Shown: positions 33,688 through 43,266 of the stretch, one piece after another
Layout: each line of letters starts with the position of its first letter
Position numbering within the stretch: the first letter of the stretch is position 1
Virus record (IMG/VR): IMGVR_UViG_3300035208_001807
Coordinates: 64,001-128,000 of that record
DNA: 64,000 nucleotides
Strand: one strand, 5' to 3'
From: a virus
Taxonomy: Duplodnaviria > Caudoviricetes
Program-made: the position numbers and the translations under genes
The notes under the pieces: generated by a model
The model's database searches: none
Told to the model about the DNA's origin: nothing
What the model saw: the letters and a program-made list of their open reading frames with translations, nothing else

Positions 33688-34561
33688 TGAAAATCCTTTC
33701 ATGAGTCTTAGGAAGATGACTAGAGCAACTCCTAGTCAGTCTGCTACAGAGATGCCAATGGATAAGCTTCTCTCCCTTTCCGGGGACGAGCTTGAGGATG
33801 TACTGGATGCCAGCATGGATCCAGTAGAAGCGGCTTTAGTAGATGATCTACTAATACCTATCTTCAGGACTTGTATGGATGCCATCAAGTCTAATGGCAT
33901 TGGCAACACCTTTGATGAGGTTATTGCTAAGGCATTGGATGTTATCCCAGTTGAGATGCGCCAAGCCGAGAACTCTGAGATTCGTAAGACCTTTGTTACC
34001 TTCATGAAGGCTCTACTCGTAGAGCGTCAAACTATGGAGGACTCGCAAGAGGAGCCCCCTCCGGGTACCTGTCCAGCTACAGACATCTTCTTTGGAGTGT
34101 CTGCTTACTATGCTCGGATGGTAGAGACCCTGGTTATCTTCAAGGGTTTTGGCCATATCAAACGCAAGGAACTATCAGAGACCGAGTATACCCTAGACGT
34201 TCAGGGGATTGGACCGCCCAAGACCACCTCTAAGCATGTCGCTGCATTTCTTTGCTTCTTGTTTAGGCGCGCCATAGCCAGGGACGAACGTCTTCAAGAG
34301 ATGATGAACTCCCTATGTACAAATGAGCGCCTCGCTCATATCTTTAGTACGGATGTGAAGTCTAGAGTTGTCGAGTGTCTTATCGACTGTATTGTTATAA
34401 TCTTTACTGATATGTTCTACTCGTTGGGTATTATTAGCCGAGACATTGTTGACAAGTGGGAAACGGATAATGACCTCGACAATATGGACTATAAGAAGGT
34501 CATGGATAGTGCCAGCCATACCCTAATAGACGAGGGGCACGATGGCAAAGGAGATCAGTAA
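33680..34561 (+). CDS. Hypothetical protein
   Basis: 293 aa, overlaps the ligase stop. Confidence 0.75.
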   Translation: MTNENPFMSLRKMTRATPSQSATEMPMDKLLSLSGDELEDVLDASMDPVEAALVDDLLIPIFRTCMDAIKSNGIGNTFDEVIAKALDVIPVEMRQAENSEIRKTFVTFMKALLVERQTMEDSQEEPPPGTCPATDIFFGVSAYYARMVETLVIFKGFGHIKRKELSETEYTLDVQGIGPPKTTSKHVAAFLCFLFRRAIARDERLQEMMNSLCTNERLAHIFSTDVKSRVVECLIDCIVIIFTDMFYSLGIISRDIVDKWETDNDLDNMDYKKVMDSASHTLIDEGHDGKGDQ

Positions 34562-34799
34562 TCCTAATGAGTTAGTCTGGGTTGATACGGGGGAGGGACC
34601 TGTCCGAGCCATGTACGGCACAGAGAATATGAGCCGGCCCATTTCGATGCACCAGCCTAAGCAGATGAAGCGGAGCGAGGTTGCTTTTGGATGGAAGGTA
34701 CTTGACGAGCAGAAGCTAAAGTTGTATACTCGGTGCATTGCTGAGGTTGATGCCAGAAAAGCCAGTAAGGACAAGGCTAAACCACCCCTTGAAATATAA
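34542..34799 (+). CDS. Hypothetical protein
   Basis: GAGG RBS, 85 aa. Confidence 0.65.
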   Translation: MAKEISNPNELVWVDTGEGPVRAMYGTENMSRPISMHQPKQMKRSEVAFGWKVLDEQKLKLYTRCIAEVDARKASKDKAKPPLEI

Positions 34800-34950
34800 G
34801 GGGATGTTGATACAATAAGGATAGCGATTAACACCTTATTAAATGACCCCTCCGTACTCCCCCTTGTAAAACACCCAACGAGTACTCTCAGTAACGGGAC
34901 TTCCCTGTCCCTAGGTGTGTTTAACAAGAAACGAACGAAGGAGCCTTTCA

Positions 34951-35721
34951 ATGAGTATAAGAGCCAGGGTCTTAATGGCCCTGACTGTAGTACTCACAGG
35001 GTGTGGCAATAATGTACCTGCCCAACGAGATATAAACTGTGAGCCGACATCACCTACTACAGTCACTGTTTCTGTAACACCAGTCTTCACTCCGACTCTG
35101 AAGGAGCAGATAGCTGCTGTGAGGACACGTAGTCCTGAGCTAGCTGACTTCATCAAGAAGTTATATACAGACTACCGTAATAAGAGTAGCCTGTATAGAG
35201 AGTGGACTCCGTTACACCAGTACATCTACATCAGACATATAGACGGCCTTAAGATCTTTGGCTTTCCTAACCGACCCCTATCTAGGGAGCGGGTAAGGAT
35301 GTATGTCTATGCGCTCAATGAATACCCTGCTCGGTTTGGGAATGACCGCGACTGGTTCATTGCCCAGATAGACCATGAGACTAGGTTTGTCAACAAGATT
35401 GGCGACAGGTCTAGGAACTCAAAGAAGATGCCTAAGTTCCTATGGTCCTATGGGCCAGGCCAGGTCCAATTTGGATCAGCTAAGTGGAACCTTATATCCA
35501 GGGGCATCCGCGGTCTAAGGGAAGAGGATTTAGTTGACTTTCCCCTCTTGAATTTGAACATATCTGCGAGTATAATTGCAGCAAAGGTAAGAGAACTCGG
35601 GTCTTACGAAAAGGGCCTCCAGTGCTATAACGGGGGCGATAACGGATGGAAGGATGGCCGGTCGAAACCATACCTCAGGAAAGTAACTGAGATATATAAC
35701 AACCGTGCGGTCTGGTACTAA
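34951..35721 (+). CDS. Lipoprotein lytic transglycosylase (SLT-like)
   Basis: Lipobox LTGC; catalytic HET, SYGPGQV, YNGG. Confidence 0.8.
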   Translation: MSIRARVLMALTVVLTGCGNNVPAQRDINCEPTSPTTVTVSVTPVFTPTLKEQIAAVRTRSPELADFIKKLYTDYRNKSSLYREWTPLHQYIYIRHIDGLKIFGFPNRPLSRERVRMYVYALNEYPARFGNDRDWFIAQIDHETRFVNKIGDRSRNSKKMPKFLWSYGPGQVQFGSAKWNLISRGIRGLREEDLVDFPLLNLNISASIIAAKVRELGSYEKGLQCYNGGDNGWKDGRSKPYLRKVTEIYNNRAVWY

Positions 35722-35782
35722 ATCAGAGATATGGAATGAATCAGGGCTGCGCAAGTAGCCCAAGAGAAATGGGAGGAAACCC

Positions 35783-36196
35783 ATGAAGGTAGAAGTAACT
35801 AAGATATTTAAGCGGGCGGATGCGGGTTCGAAGCTGAAAGGCTTCGCGACAGTAAGCATCCAGTTTGAAGAGGGGCACGTAGTTTCCATCGACGGAGTAA
35901 AGATCCTAGATGGTAGCCGCGGTCTCTTCTGTGGACTACCCAGCACTCAGTCGAAGAAGGATCCGAACCAGTGGTTCGAGATCATCGATCTCAGTCAGGC
36001 TCTCAGGGACGCAGTTCGCGATGCAGTTATCGTGGCCTACGAAGACCCCGAGTTCCGCAACAAGCCTGTTGTAAAGAAGGACAACAAGGGCTCTGGCAAG
36101 CCTCCTTACCAGAAGCGGGAGACAGCAGCGGCTGCGAATAACTCTCGTCCCCAAGCGTCATCAGACGAAATGGGTGAAGAGGAACCTCCCTTCTAA
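35783..36196 (+). CDS. SpoVG-like nucleic-acid-binding protein with SSB-like tail
   Basis: KLKGFATV..IDGVKILDG.RGLF..LPS; ends in EEEPPF. Confidence 0.85.
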   Translation: MKVEVTKIFKRADAGSKLKGFATVSIQFEEGHVVSIDGVKILDGSRGLFCGLPSTQSKKDPNQWFEIIDLSQALRDAVRDAVIVAYEDPEFRNKPVVKKDNKGSGKPPYQKRETAAAANNSRPQASSDEMGEEEPPF

Positions 36197-36209
36197 TCAA
36201 GACTAACCG

Positions 36210-36243
36210 AAGGCCACTCATCGTACGGTGGGTGGCCTTTAAT
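36210..36243 (+). terminator. Terminator-like hairpin
   Basis: aaggccactca/tgggtggcctt followed by T/A tract. Confidence 0.65.
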
Positions 36244-36245
36244 AT

Positions 36246-36320
36246 GTGGGCCGTAGTTTAGTGGTAAAACCGTGGGTTGTGGACCCACAGTCGCGAGTTC
36301 GATCCTCACCGGTCCACCCA
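36246..36320 (+). tRNA. tRNA-His(GTG)
   Basis: G-1/C73, gtggg-tt-gtg-ga-cccac, CCA. Confidence 0.92.
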
Positions 36321-36334
36321 AATAAGGTACTAAG

Positions 36335-36583
36335 ATGCCAAGATCTAAAGTTGACAAGAACCAAGTCAGTAAGACGGGTGTTAAGGCCAAGGTCGTCCAT
36401 GATATTACTGGAGACTTTGGCACCATCCTGTATGAATGTGGGTGTGCTTTCTGTGACAAGAACCTGCGTTGGGTTCTAGATAAAGAAATAGATGGTGTAC
36501 AGGTTGCAAAATGTTGCGGCCGCGTGTACCATATGTATACAGAGACTGTCTCTGTTCATCTCCTGAAGCCTGGGGAGAAGTAA
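36335..36583 (+). CDS. Cys-rich hypothetical protein
   Basis: CGCAFC..CCG. Confidence 0.65.
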   Translation: MPRSKVDKNQVSKTGVKAKVVHDITGDFGTILYECGCAFCDKNLRWVLDKEIDGVQVAKCCGRVYHMYTETVSVHLLKPGEK

Positions 36584-36708
36584 CACGGCCGGTTAAGTGC
36601 TTTTGCACCGACATGCACTGTTGACGGACTGGCGGATGTGCAAGTTCCCGGTCAGTCTAATGAGTGGTCGCCCACAGAGGGCTATCCGGCCTACAATTGA
36701 GGTGAGTA

Positions 36709-37416
36709 ATGCATATAGTAATAGAAGGTCCAGATTATTCAGGCAAGTCTACGGTCTCTGAGAGACTCTATGCTGCCTCGGTTCAGTGCCCTGGAATCAG
36801 CACGAGTTTTAAGATGCACCAGCCTGGTGATACCAGACTTGGTGAAGGGTTGCGGTCGCTCCTAAAGGATAAAGATGTTAGGATTGACGGCAAGTCTACT
36901 CAACTTCTTCTTACTGCAGCCGACCATCATGAGTTTGTGTACCAAAGACTGATGGGCATGTACCATTTCATGCGTCAGAAGGGTAAGCGAGTCTGTCTAA
37001 TTCAAGACAGGCACTCTGGTATCTCTGGCTATGCTTACCAGGTAGTAGCCAACGGCGCCGACCCTAAGCTATTCAGGCAACTATATACTATCAATGCCAA
37101 CATTCGGAAGTTTCAAGTACCCGACAGAGTCTACCTGCTCATTCCTTCTCTAGATACAATCAGGGCAAGGATGGTAACCCGCGGTACACCCAAAGACCGA
37201 TATGAGAACCTTGATTACCTAGCCAAGGTGCTCAAGGGATATAATGCTGTTGCGGAGAAGGGTATTCTTCCCCGTAGAATCTATAAAGTAATTAATGCTA
37301 ACCTCTCACAGGATACAGTGTATAAGCTAATCCTATCTGATATGATGAAGCAGGGTCCTGAGTTAAGACACTTGGCAGACTATGCCATTGCGAACTTGAC
37401 TTTAGTAGGCAAGTAA
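36709..37416 (+). CDS. tmk: Thymidylate kinase
   Basis: IVIEGPDYSGKST, QPG, QDR..S..AYQ, PD, DRYE. Confidence 0.9.
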   Translation: MHIVIEGPDYSGKSTVSERLYAASVQCPGISTSFKMHQPGDTRLGEGLRSLLKDKDVRIDGKSTQLLLTAADHHEFVYQRLMGMYHFMRQKGKRVCLIQDRHSGISGYAYQVVANGADPKLFRQLYTINANIRKFQVPDRVYLLIPSLDTIRARMVTRGTPKDRYENLDYLAKVLKGYNAVAEKGILPRRIYKVINANLSQDTVYKLILSDMMKQGPELRHLADYAIANLTLVGK

Positions 37417-37455
37417 TATAAACTATAAGTATCTTAGATCTAGGAGTGAATTAGG

Positions 37456-37965
37456 ATGTCAACAATACTACGTAATAAAGAGTATGCACTATACAGTAAA
37501 GGTTCCGCAGCGCAATTCAAGCTACGCAAGCTAGTCGACAAGATCGATGAGAACAAATCAGAAGAGAACTACTGGTTGTTCGTTGAAGCAGCTAATGTTC
37601 TACCAGGACAACGTAAGTTTGACTGGGAAAACAAGTGCAACATCAGGCTTGGTTTAGCAGACCTAGGTATCTTCCTCAATGGATTCAGAACAGGATTCAA
37701 AGGAGATAAGAAGTGCGAGATCTTCCATGACCCAGGTAAGGGCAGTGCTACTGAGGGCTTTGAGACGAAGGCAATGGCAATTCAGCCAGGGGCTTCCTAC
37801 GGATACCAACTTGTCTTCCGCTACAACAAAAAGGCCGACGCAAAAGGACCCGAGAAAAAGGTCAACGTTGCAGTCCCAGTCAGCGACGAGCAGATGGTCA
37901 TTCTCAAGATCTTGCTTGAGCGATCTGTCGTAATGCTAGCTGGCTTCTACGATGGAGTTATGTAA
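37456..37965 (+). CDS. Whirly-like ssDNA-binding protein
   Basis: YSKGSAA, RKFDWENK, CEIFHDPGKG..EG, VPVS motifs recall plant Whirly. Confidence 0.7.
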   Translation: MSTILRNKEYALYSKGSAAQFKLRKLVDKIDENKSEENYWLFVEAANVLPGQRKFDWENKCNIRLGLADLGIFLNGFRTGFKGDKKCEIFHDPGKGSATEGFETKAMAIQPGASYGYQLVFRYNKKADAKGPEKKVNVAVPVSDEQMVILKILLERSVVMLAGFYDGVM

Positions 37966-38264
37966 TGGGTATGTTCGACCGCAACCCAATGGAGCCTAAG
38001 CTCCCTTCCGATTATGCTACCATCATGTATATCCCTGTCTATTCATTAGACTTAGGAGTTACATGGAAGGCTCTCGATCCTCAGCTTAGCTCGCGTCAGG
38101 CTAAGATAAGACTGAAGTCTGTGCTTCCTAGTGGAGCGGGGATGAAAGAGCATCGCTTTGATAAGCTACGCTGTGGTGTTTTGCTCTTCAATCTTGCTAA
38201 CATAAAGCACGACTACTACCTGGAATTTGTTCCTGACGACTTTGTGTCTGACGCTACTGCTTAA
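37965..38264 (+). CDS. Hypothetical protein
   Basis: TAATG coupling to the upstream gene. Confidence 0.7.
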   Translation: MGMFDRNPMEPKLPSDYATIMYIPVYSLDLGVTWKALDPQLSSRQAKIRLKSVLPSGAGMKEHRFDKLRCGVLLFNLANIKHDYYLEFVPDDFVSDATA

Positions 38265-38378
38265 CATTAAGCTTCCAGAGCGTCAACATAAATGAGAGAT
38301 ATAAATCTCCGGTTGTCATGATACTTCTATTACCTATAGAGGTATGATACCAATGTCCGCAAAAGCGGAAGGTGTACA

Positions 38379-38672
38379 ATGTCACTGTTCCCAACTAGAC
38401 AGCTTTCAATTCAAACTCGATGCCTTATAGATGGCTATAAGGGCTGTCCACACTGTAGTTCAACTAACTTGGTGGCCCCACCCTCGTCAGCTTTAACTGC
38501 TGATTCGAGTGGTCGTCCATTTACTAACGACTATGAAGTGCAACCTGGATTCCCATCGTACTCCTCTTGGAGATGCCTGGCTTGCAATAGATCATTTGAG
38601 AATTGGAAATTCATTCCCAAAGAGGCGGGCTTCGATGGAGAAATCAAAGGATCAGAGAACGCGGGTTTTTAA
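38379..38672 (+). CDS. Zn-ribbon protein
   Basis: CPHC..CLAC. Confidence 0.65.
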   Translation: MSLFPTRQLSIQTRCLIDGYKGCPHCSSTNLVAPPSSALTADSSGRPFTNDYEVQPGFPSYSSWRCLACNRSFENWKFIPKEAGFDGEIKGSENAGF

Positions 38673-39051
38673 GACCGAGCTGATCTATGTTACACTGAAG
38701 AGACCTAAGCGGGGGAAGTTCCTTAGATCTTACCTTGACTGGATGGTTACTCGGTTTGCTAACAAGGAACAGCAGGAAGACCCCAAGCAGTTACTTATAG
38801 AGGTTCTCTCCGACGTTAAGAGTGGTACCTACAGCGCCAAGACTGTTAAGCGGCTAGGAATGGGAAAGAAAGAGATCCCCTTTGAATTCCAGATACGGCA
38901 GTTCTCTCAAGCAGGTCTCCCCTCAGATCAACCCGAAGTCATTATCATTTCTGGCAACGGAAACCCAACAACATTCATCGAGTGGCTAACCTCTAAGGGT
39001 TATCAGGTAGAGCTGAAGACCATTAAGCACCAGGAATTTCGCTCTCTATAA
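38635..39051 (+). CDS. Hypothetical protein
   Basis: GAGG RBS before ATG 38635. Confidence 0.65.
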   Translation: MEKSKDQRTRVFKTELIYVTLKRPKRGKFLRSYLDWMVTRFANKEQQEDPKQLLIEVLSDVKSGTYSAKTVKRLGMGKKEIPFEFQIRQFSQAGLPSDQPEVIIISGNGNPTTFIEWLTSKGYQVELKTIKHQEFRSL

Positions 39052-39073
39052 CATCCCCGGAGGTTTGTTCCCA

Positions 39074-41722
39074 ATGTCAGACAATATAGCTGTCTCCCAA
39101 GATAAGAAAGAAGTATTCGGTCAGTACCTGCATTCCAACCTCGATACCATCAATGCAAAGGTTCACGAGCTTACTCCTGATCAGTACCAACCAGTTCACG
39201 CCATTATCACTGCAGCAGATGGTAAGACTATCTTCGAGAAGCCAGGAGTCATTGCTCCTAAGTCTTGGAGTTCGCTAGCTGTTACTGTAGCTGCAGACAA
39301 GTACTTCATTAAGAAGGGCGAGAAGGCTGAATCTAGTGTACTAGATATGTGCACGAGGGTTGCTAACGTTATCTCCGTAGATGGGCTACAGTATGGGTAC
39401 TTCGCGGATGTAGATGAAGCCACAGACTTTGCTATTACACTTACCAACCTACTAGTTCAGCAGTACTTCAGCTTCAACTCTCCTGTCTGGTTTAACGTGG
39501 GTGTTAAGACTAACCCACAGATCAGTGCATGCTTTATTAACTCTATCGAAGACTCCATGGAATCTATCCTGGAGCTATGTAAAACAGAAGGGATGATCTA
39601 CAAACATGGGTCTGGTTCGGGCTGTAATTACTCTCCTCTGCGTGGTGCTAGAGAATCTCTTTCTCATGGTGGGAGCAGCAGTGGTGTTCTCAGTTTTATG
39701 CTTGTTCACGATGCTGTTGCTGGTAGTATTAAGTCTGGTGGGACTACTAGACGTGCCGCGAAGATGGCTATACTCAATGTTGACCACCCTGACATCGAGG
39801 ACTTTGTTGCTTGTAAGCAAAAGGAAGAACTCAAAGCCACTGCCTTAATCAAGGCTGGCTATAGCGATGACTTCAGAGACCCTAATGGAGCCTATGCTTC
39901 AATAGGTTTCCAGAATGCCAACAACTCTGTTCGTGTTACGGACGAGTTCATGCGTGCTACAGCAACCGATAAGGACGAAGAGAACTGGGCTTTGATAGGT
40001 AGGGTTGAAGGTACTCCTGTAAAGCTTATCAATGCTCGCAAGCTGATAGACAAAATAGCCCAAGCAGCATGGGCCTCTGGGGACCCTGGTCTCCAGTTTG
40101 ATAATGCAGCTAACATGTGGAATACTCTAGCCGAGGATGGTCGTATTAACGGCTCTAATCCCTGCTCAGAGTACATGTCTCTAGACAATACCTCCTGCAA
40201 TCTAGCCTCACTTAACCTGCTTAAGTTCTATACCGATGGCCAGTTTGATTCCAAGCTGTTTGCATCTACCTGTGCTATCATTTCAATTGCTCTAGACATT
40301 CTTATCTGTGGAGCTTCCTATCCTACAGAGAAGATTGGTAACAACGTACGTCGCTATAGGCAGATAGGACTTGGGTTTGCAAACCTGGGCGCCCTCCTGA
40401 TGGCAATGGGTCTTCCATATGACTCTAAAGCAGGTAGGGATACCGCTTCAGCTGTCAGCAACTCAATGACCTTGAATGCCTACAAGGCTTCAGCGCACAT
40501 GGCTTCAAGACTCACTCCCTTCGAAGCCTTCCATAAGAATAAGAAGCACGTCCTGCGTGTTCTCAACCAACATAAGGGTGCAGCTGGTGCTCGCATCAGC
40601 AGCTTTGCTTCTAACCAATGGGCTCAGTTGCTTGATCTAGTTGAGCAATACGGTCTTCGTAACTCGTACGTAACTAACATTGCTCCGACGGGTACCATTG
40701 GTCTTCAAATGGATTGTTCCACTACTGGCATTGAGCCCGAGCTAGCTCTAGTTAAGACTAAGAAGCTAGTAGGCGGTGGCACACTAAGTATGGTTAATGG
40801 GACTACTAAGCAGGCCTTAGAGACCCTTGGTTTCAATGGTCCTGCAGTTGAGAGTGCACTAGCCTATATCTTAGATCATGGAACTATTGCTGGCTGGGGA
40901 GAAGAGTTCAAGGACCGCGGCGACTTTACTAAGGTCTTCGCAGCCTCATTAGATTCTAAGAACCCGATTCGATGGGAAGCTCACATCGAGATGATGGCAG
41001 CAGTTCAAGACTTCATCTCTGGAAGTATTTCCAAGACAGTTAATATGCCTCATGAAGCTACTATCGACGATGTTAAGAAGGCTTTCGAGATGGCTTGGAA
41101 GTCTGGCTTGAAGTGCGTAGCCATTTATAGAGATGGCTGTAAAGGTTCACAGCCGCTAGTGTCCAGCGTGTCTAAGGTTGATAAGGAGCCAGAAGCAATG
41201 GTGAATTCGCCGGCAGTACGTCCTGAGAGAGTCCGTCTCCCTATGGATCGGCAGTCTATCACCCACAAGTTCTCTATTGGAGGGCATGAGGGCTACCTTA
41301 TCATAGGCCTCTATGATGATGGTAAGCCGGGTGAAGTATTCGTTGTTATCTCTAAGGAAGGTTCCTTCGTTTCTGGACTAGTTAACGCAGTAGCTACAAT
41401 GATTTCTATTGCTCTGCAGTATGGGGCGCCACTAGATACCATTGTTAACAAGCTCAAAGGTCATGCCTATGAGCCTCAGGGTCTCACGACTAACGCAGAG
41501 ATCCGATTTGCTAAGTCATTAACGGATTATATGGCTAGATTCCTAGAGATTAAGTTCTTGAAATCTAGCCCGCAATCTAGTAGTATAGATACTAGCACTG
41601 GTACCACAGCGCTAAGAGCGGCGATGGATGCCCCTCCCTGTCCTGAGTGTGGATCGATGATGGTCAGCTCAGGTACTTGCTATAGGTGCCAGAACTGTGG
41701 AGCAACGACAGGTTGTAGTTAA
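39074..41722 (+). CDS. nrdJ: Class II (B12-dependent) ribonucleotide reductase
   Basis: FNSPVWFN, SACF, RRAAKM, NPCSEY, CNLASLNL, IAPTGT, C-terminal Zn ribbon ending TTGCS. Confidence 0.95.
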   Translation: MSDNIAVSQDKKEVFGQYLHSNLDTINAKVHELTPDQYQPVHAIITAADGKTIFEKPGVIAPKSWSSLAVTVAADKYFIKKGEKAESSVLDMCTRVANVISVDGLQYGYFADVDEATDFAITLTNLLVQQYFSFNSPVWFNVGVKTNPQISACFINSIEDSMESILELCKTEGMIYKHGSGSGCNYSPLRGARESLSHGGSSSGVLSFMLVHDAVAGSIKSGGTTRRAAKMAILNVDHPDIEDFVACKQKEELKATALIKAGYSDDFRDPNGAYASIGFQNANNSVRVTDEFMRATATDKDEENWALIGRVEGTPVKLINARKLIDKIAQAAWASGDPGLQFDNAANMWNTLAEDGRINGSNPCSEYMSLDNTSCNLASLNLLKFYTDGQFDSKLFASTCAIISIALDILICGASYPTEKIGNNVRRYRQIGLGFANLGALLMAMGLPYDSKAGRDTASAVSNSMTLNAYKASAHMASRLTPFEAFHKNKKHVLRVLNQHKGAAGARISSFASNQWAQLLDLVEQYGLRNSYVTNIAPTGTIGLQMDCSTTGIEPELALVKTKKLVGGGTLSMVNGTTKQALETLGFNGPAVESALAYILDHGTIAGWGEEFKDRGDFTKVFAASLDSKNPIRWEAHIEMMAAVQDFISGSISKTVNMPHEATIDDVKKAFEMAWKSGLKCVAIYRDGCKGSQPLVSSVSKVDKEPEAMVNSPAVRPERVRLPMDRQSITHKFSIGGHEGYLIIGLYDDGKPGEVFVVISKEGSFVSGLVNAVATMISIALQYGAPLDTIVNKLKGHAYEPQGLTTNAEIRFAKSLTDYMARFLEIKFLKSSPQSSSIDTSTGTTALRAAMDAPPCPECGSMMVSSGTCYRCQNCGATTGCS

Positions 41723-41756
41723 CCTGCGCTTAGTTGTTCCTAACTAGGAGTTTTAG

Positions 41757-42620
41757 ATGAGCAAAGCAAGACCCAGAACTACCCCTCGGCCGAAACACGA
41801 CTGGGAGACTACAGTAATCTTTCCGGATACACATATCCAGAAGAGGGGCAAGGACCGCCACGATCCAATAGCCATCTCGGTAGCACTACAGATTACTAAA
41901 GACTTGAATGGTGGCAGAGGACCCGATCGCTGGATTCAACTCGGGGACTTTATGAACTTAGAGAGTGTCTCTCCTCATAATAAGGACCTTAAGAGGGGTG
42001 CCATTGTAGATGCCAAGGGTAATCTACTTGATGGTCGCTTGGAAGAAGACTATCAGGTAGCCGACACATTCCTTGAGGGAGTTATGGATGCTACTCCCAA
42101 TGCTAAGGAACGTATCATCCTAGAAGGAAACCATGACTACTGGTTATGGTGGTATCGCAACTTCCAGATACCTGGTCCACTACGCGGCTCACCATGGCTA
42201 CAGATTCCCAAGGCCTTGAACTTCAAAGAGAGGAACATCCGCTGGATCCCTTATGGATCACAGAGTTCCTACTATCGGCTAGGGAAGCTGGACATCATTC
42301 ATGGTGACTACATTAACCCCTACCACGCAGCAAAGACGATTTCTGCTAGAGGTAGGAATGTTATCTATGGTCATTGCCATGAGGTCCAAGTCCATTCGAT
42401 TACTAATATGAATGGTATCTGTAGGGCCTGGGCCATAGGATGTCTCAGAACATTAGAGGCGCCGTTCATGAGGGGCCGTGCCAATAGCTGGTCCCATGCG
42501 ATTGCAATTGTCTTCACTAGGCCTAATGGTAACTTCAACGTATTCATCGTTGATATTATCAATGGCCAGGCGACATGGGAAGGTAAGACATACACCGGGA
42601 AACATATTCCCGGACTTTAA
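41757..42620 (+). CDS. Calcineurin-like metallophosphoesterase
   Basis: DTH, GDF, GNHD, HG, GHCH. Confidence 0.9.
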   Translation: MSKARPRTTPRPKHDWETTVIFPDTHIQKRGKDRHDPIAISVALQITKDLNGGRGPDRWIQLGDFMNLESVSPHNKDLKRGAIVDAKGNLLDGRLEEDYQVADTFLEGVMDATPNAKERIILEGNHDYWLWWYRNFQIPGPLRGSPWLQIPKALNFKERNIRWIPYGSQSSYYRLGKLDIIHGDYINPYHAAKTISARGRNVIYGHCHEVQVHSITNMNGICRAWAIGCLRTLEAPFMRGRANSWSHAIAIVFTRPNGNFNVFIVDIINGQATWEGKTYTGKHIPGL

Positions 42621-42621
42621 T

Positions 42622-43259
42622 CCTCAATCGATTCGGTTGAAGCGAAGCAGCTAGCCTTCCTCATAAACAATGAACTACTGAGGAAGGCTTTGTTGTTTGG
42701 AAGCCAAGTGGTGTTCCAAACAAGATCAACTGGTTCAGTTGAATTCTAGAAGTTCTCCTTCCATTGCTAGGTATAGCACTGGAAGGGCTACGTACAGTTG
42801 TCTGCAAGTGCAGGTAACTGTCGGTAGTTAGTAACTGCCACTTGTTTCAAGTGGGTCAGTGTAGTATCACAGACCATTCGTCACCGCTTCCGTTACGCTC
42901 CATCATAAAATGATGTCGCTACACTACAGCGTGACTGCTGGTCTGTGTACATGCAGCCGGCGAGAAGATCTGAAGCGCTAGCCGCGGAGACCAAGCACTG
43001 GATCCGTCGAAGAGCTCTACGATCGCGTCTCGCGACTGCAGTCATCTCCAGTTATATAACATATAACGAGGGGATGAAACGGTCGAGTGTTGAGCTTAGG
43101 GTACTAGGACTAACTGAAACCTATTTGATAACTCACTCGTAAAGTCTGGAGTCCCTCCAGTATGAGTTATAGGGTATGTGGCTAGTTATGTCTACGAACT
43201 TCTGAAGCACTCGGGAATGCTGGGAACAGCACTGCCGAGTACTTCAGTAGCAATTGAGG
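42622..43259 (+). ncRNA. Putative large structured ncRNA upstream of the reverse transcriptase
   Basis: About 640 nt without a credible ORF, tiled with 12 or more inverted repeats. Confidence 0.65.
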
Positions 43260-43266
43260 TTCTACA

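Noticed and set aside
42945-43142. 65 aa ORF upstream of the RT
   Set aside because: No clear RBS, lies within the hairpin-rich region, no protein motif.
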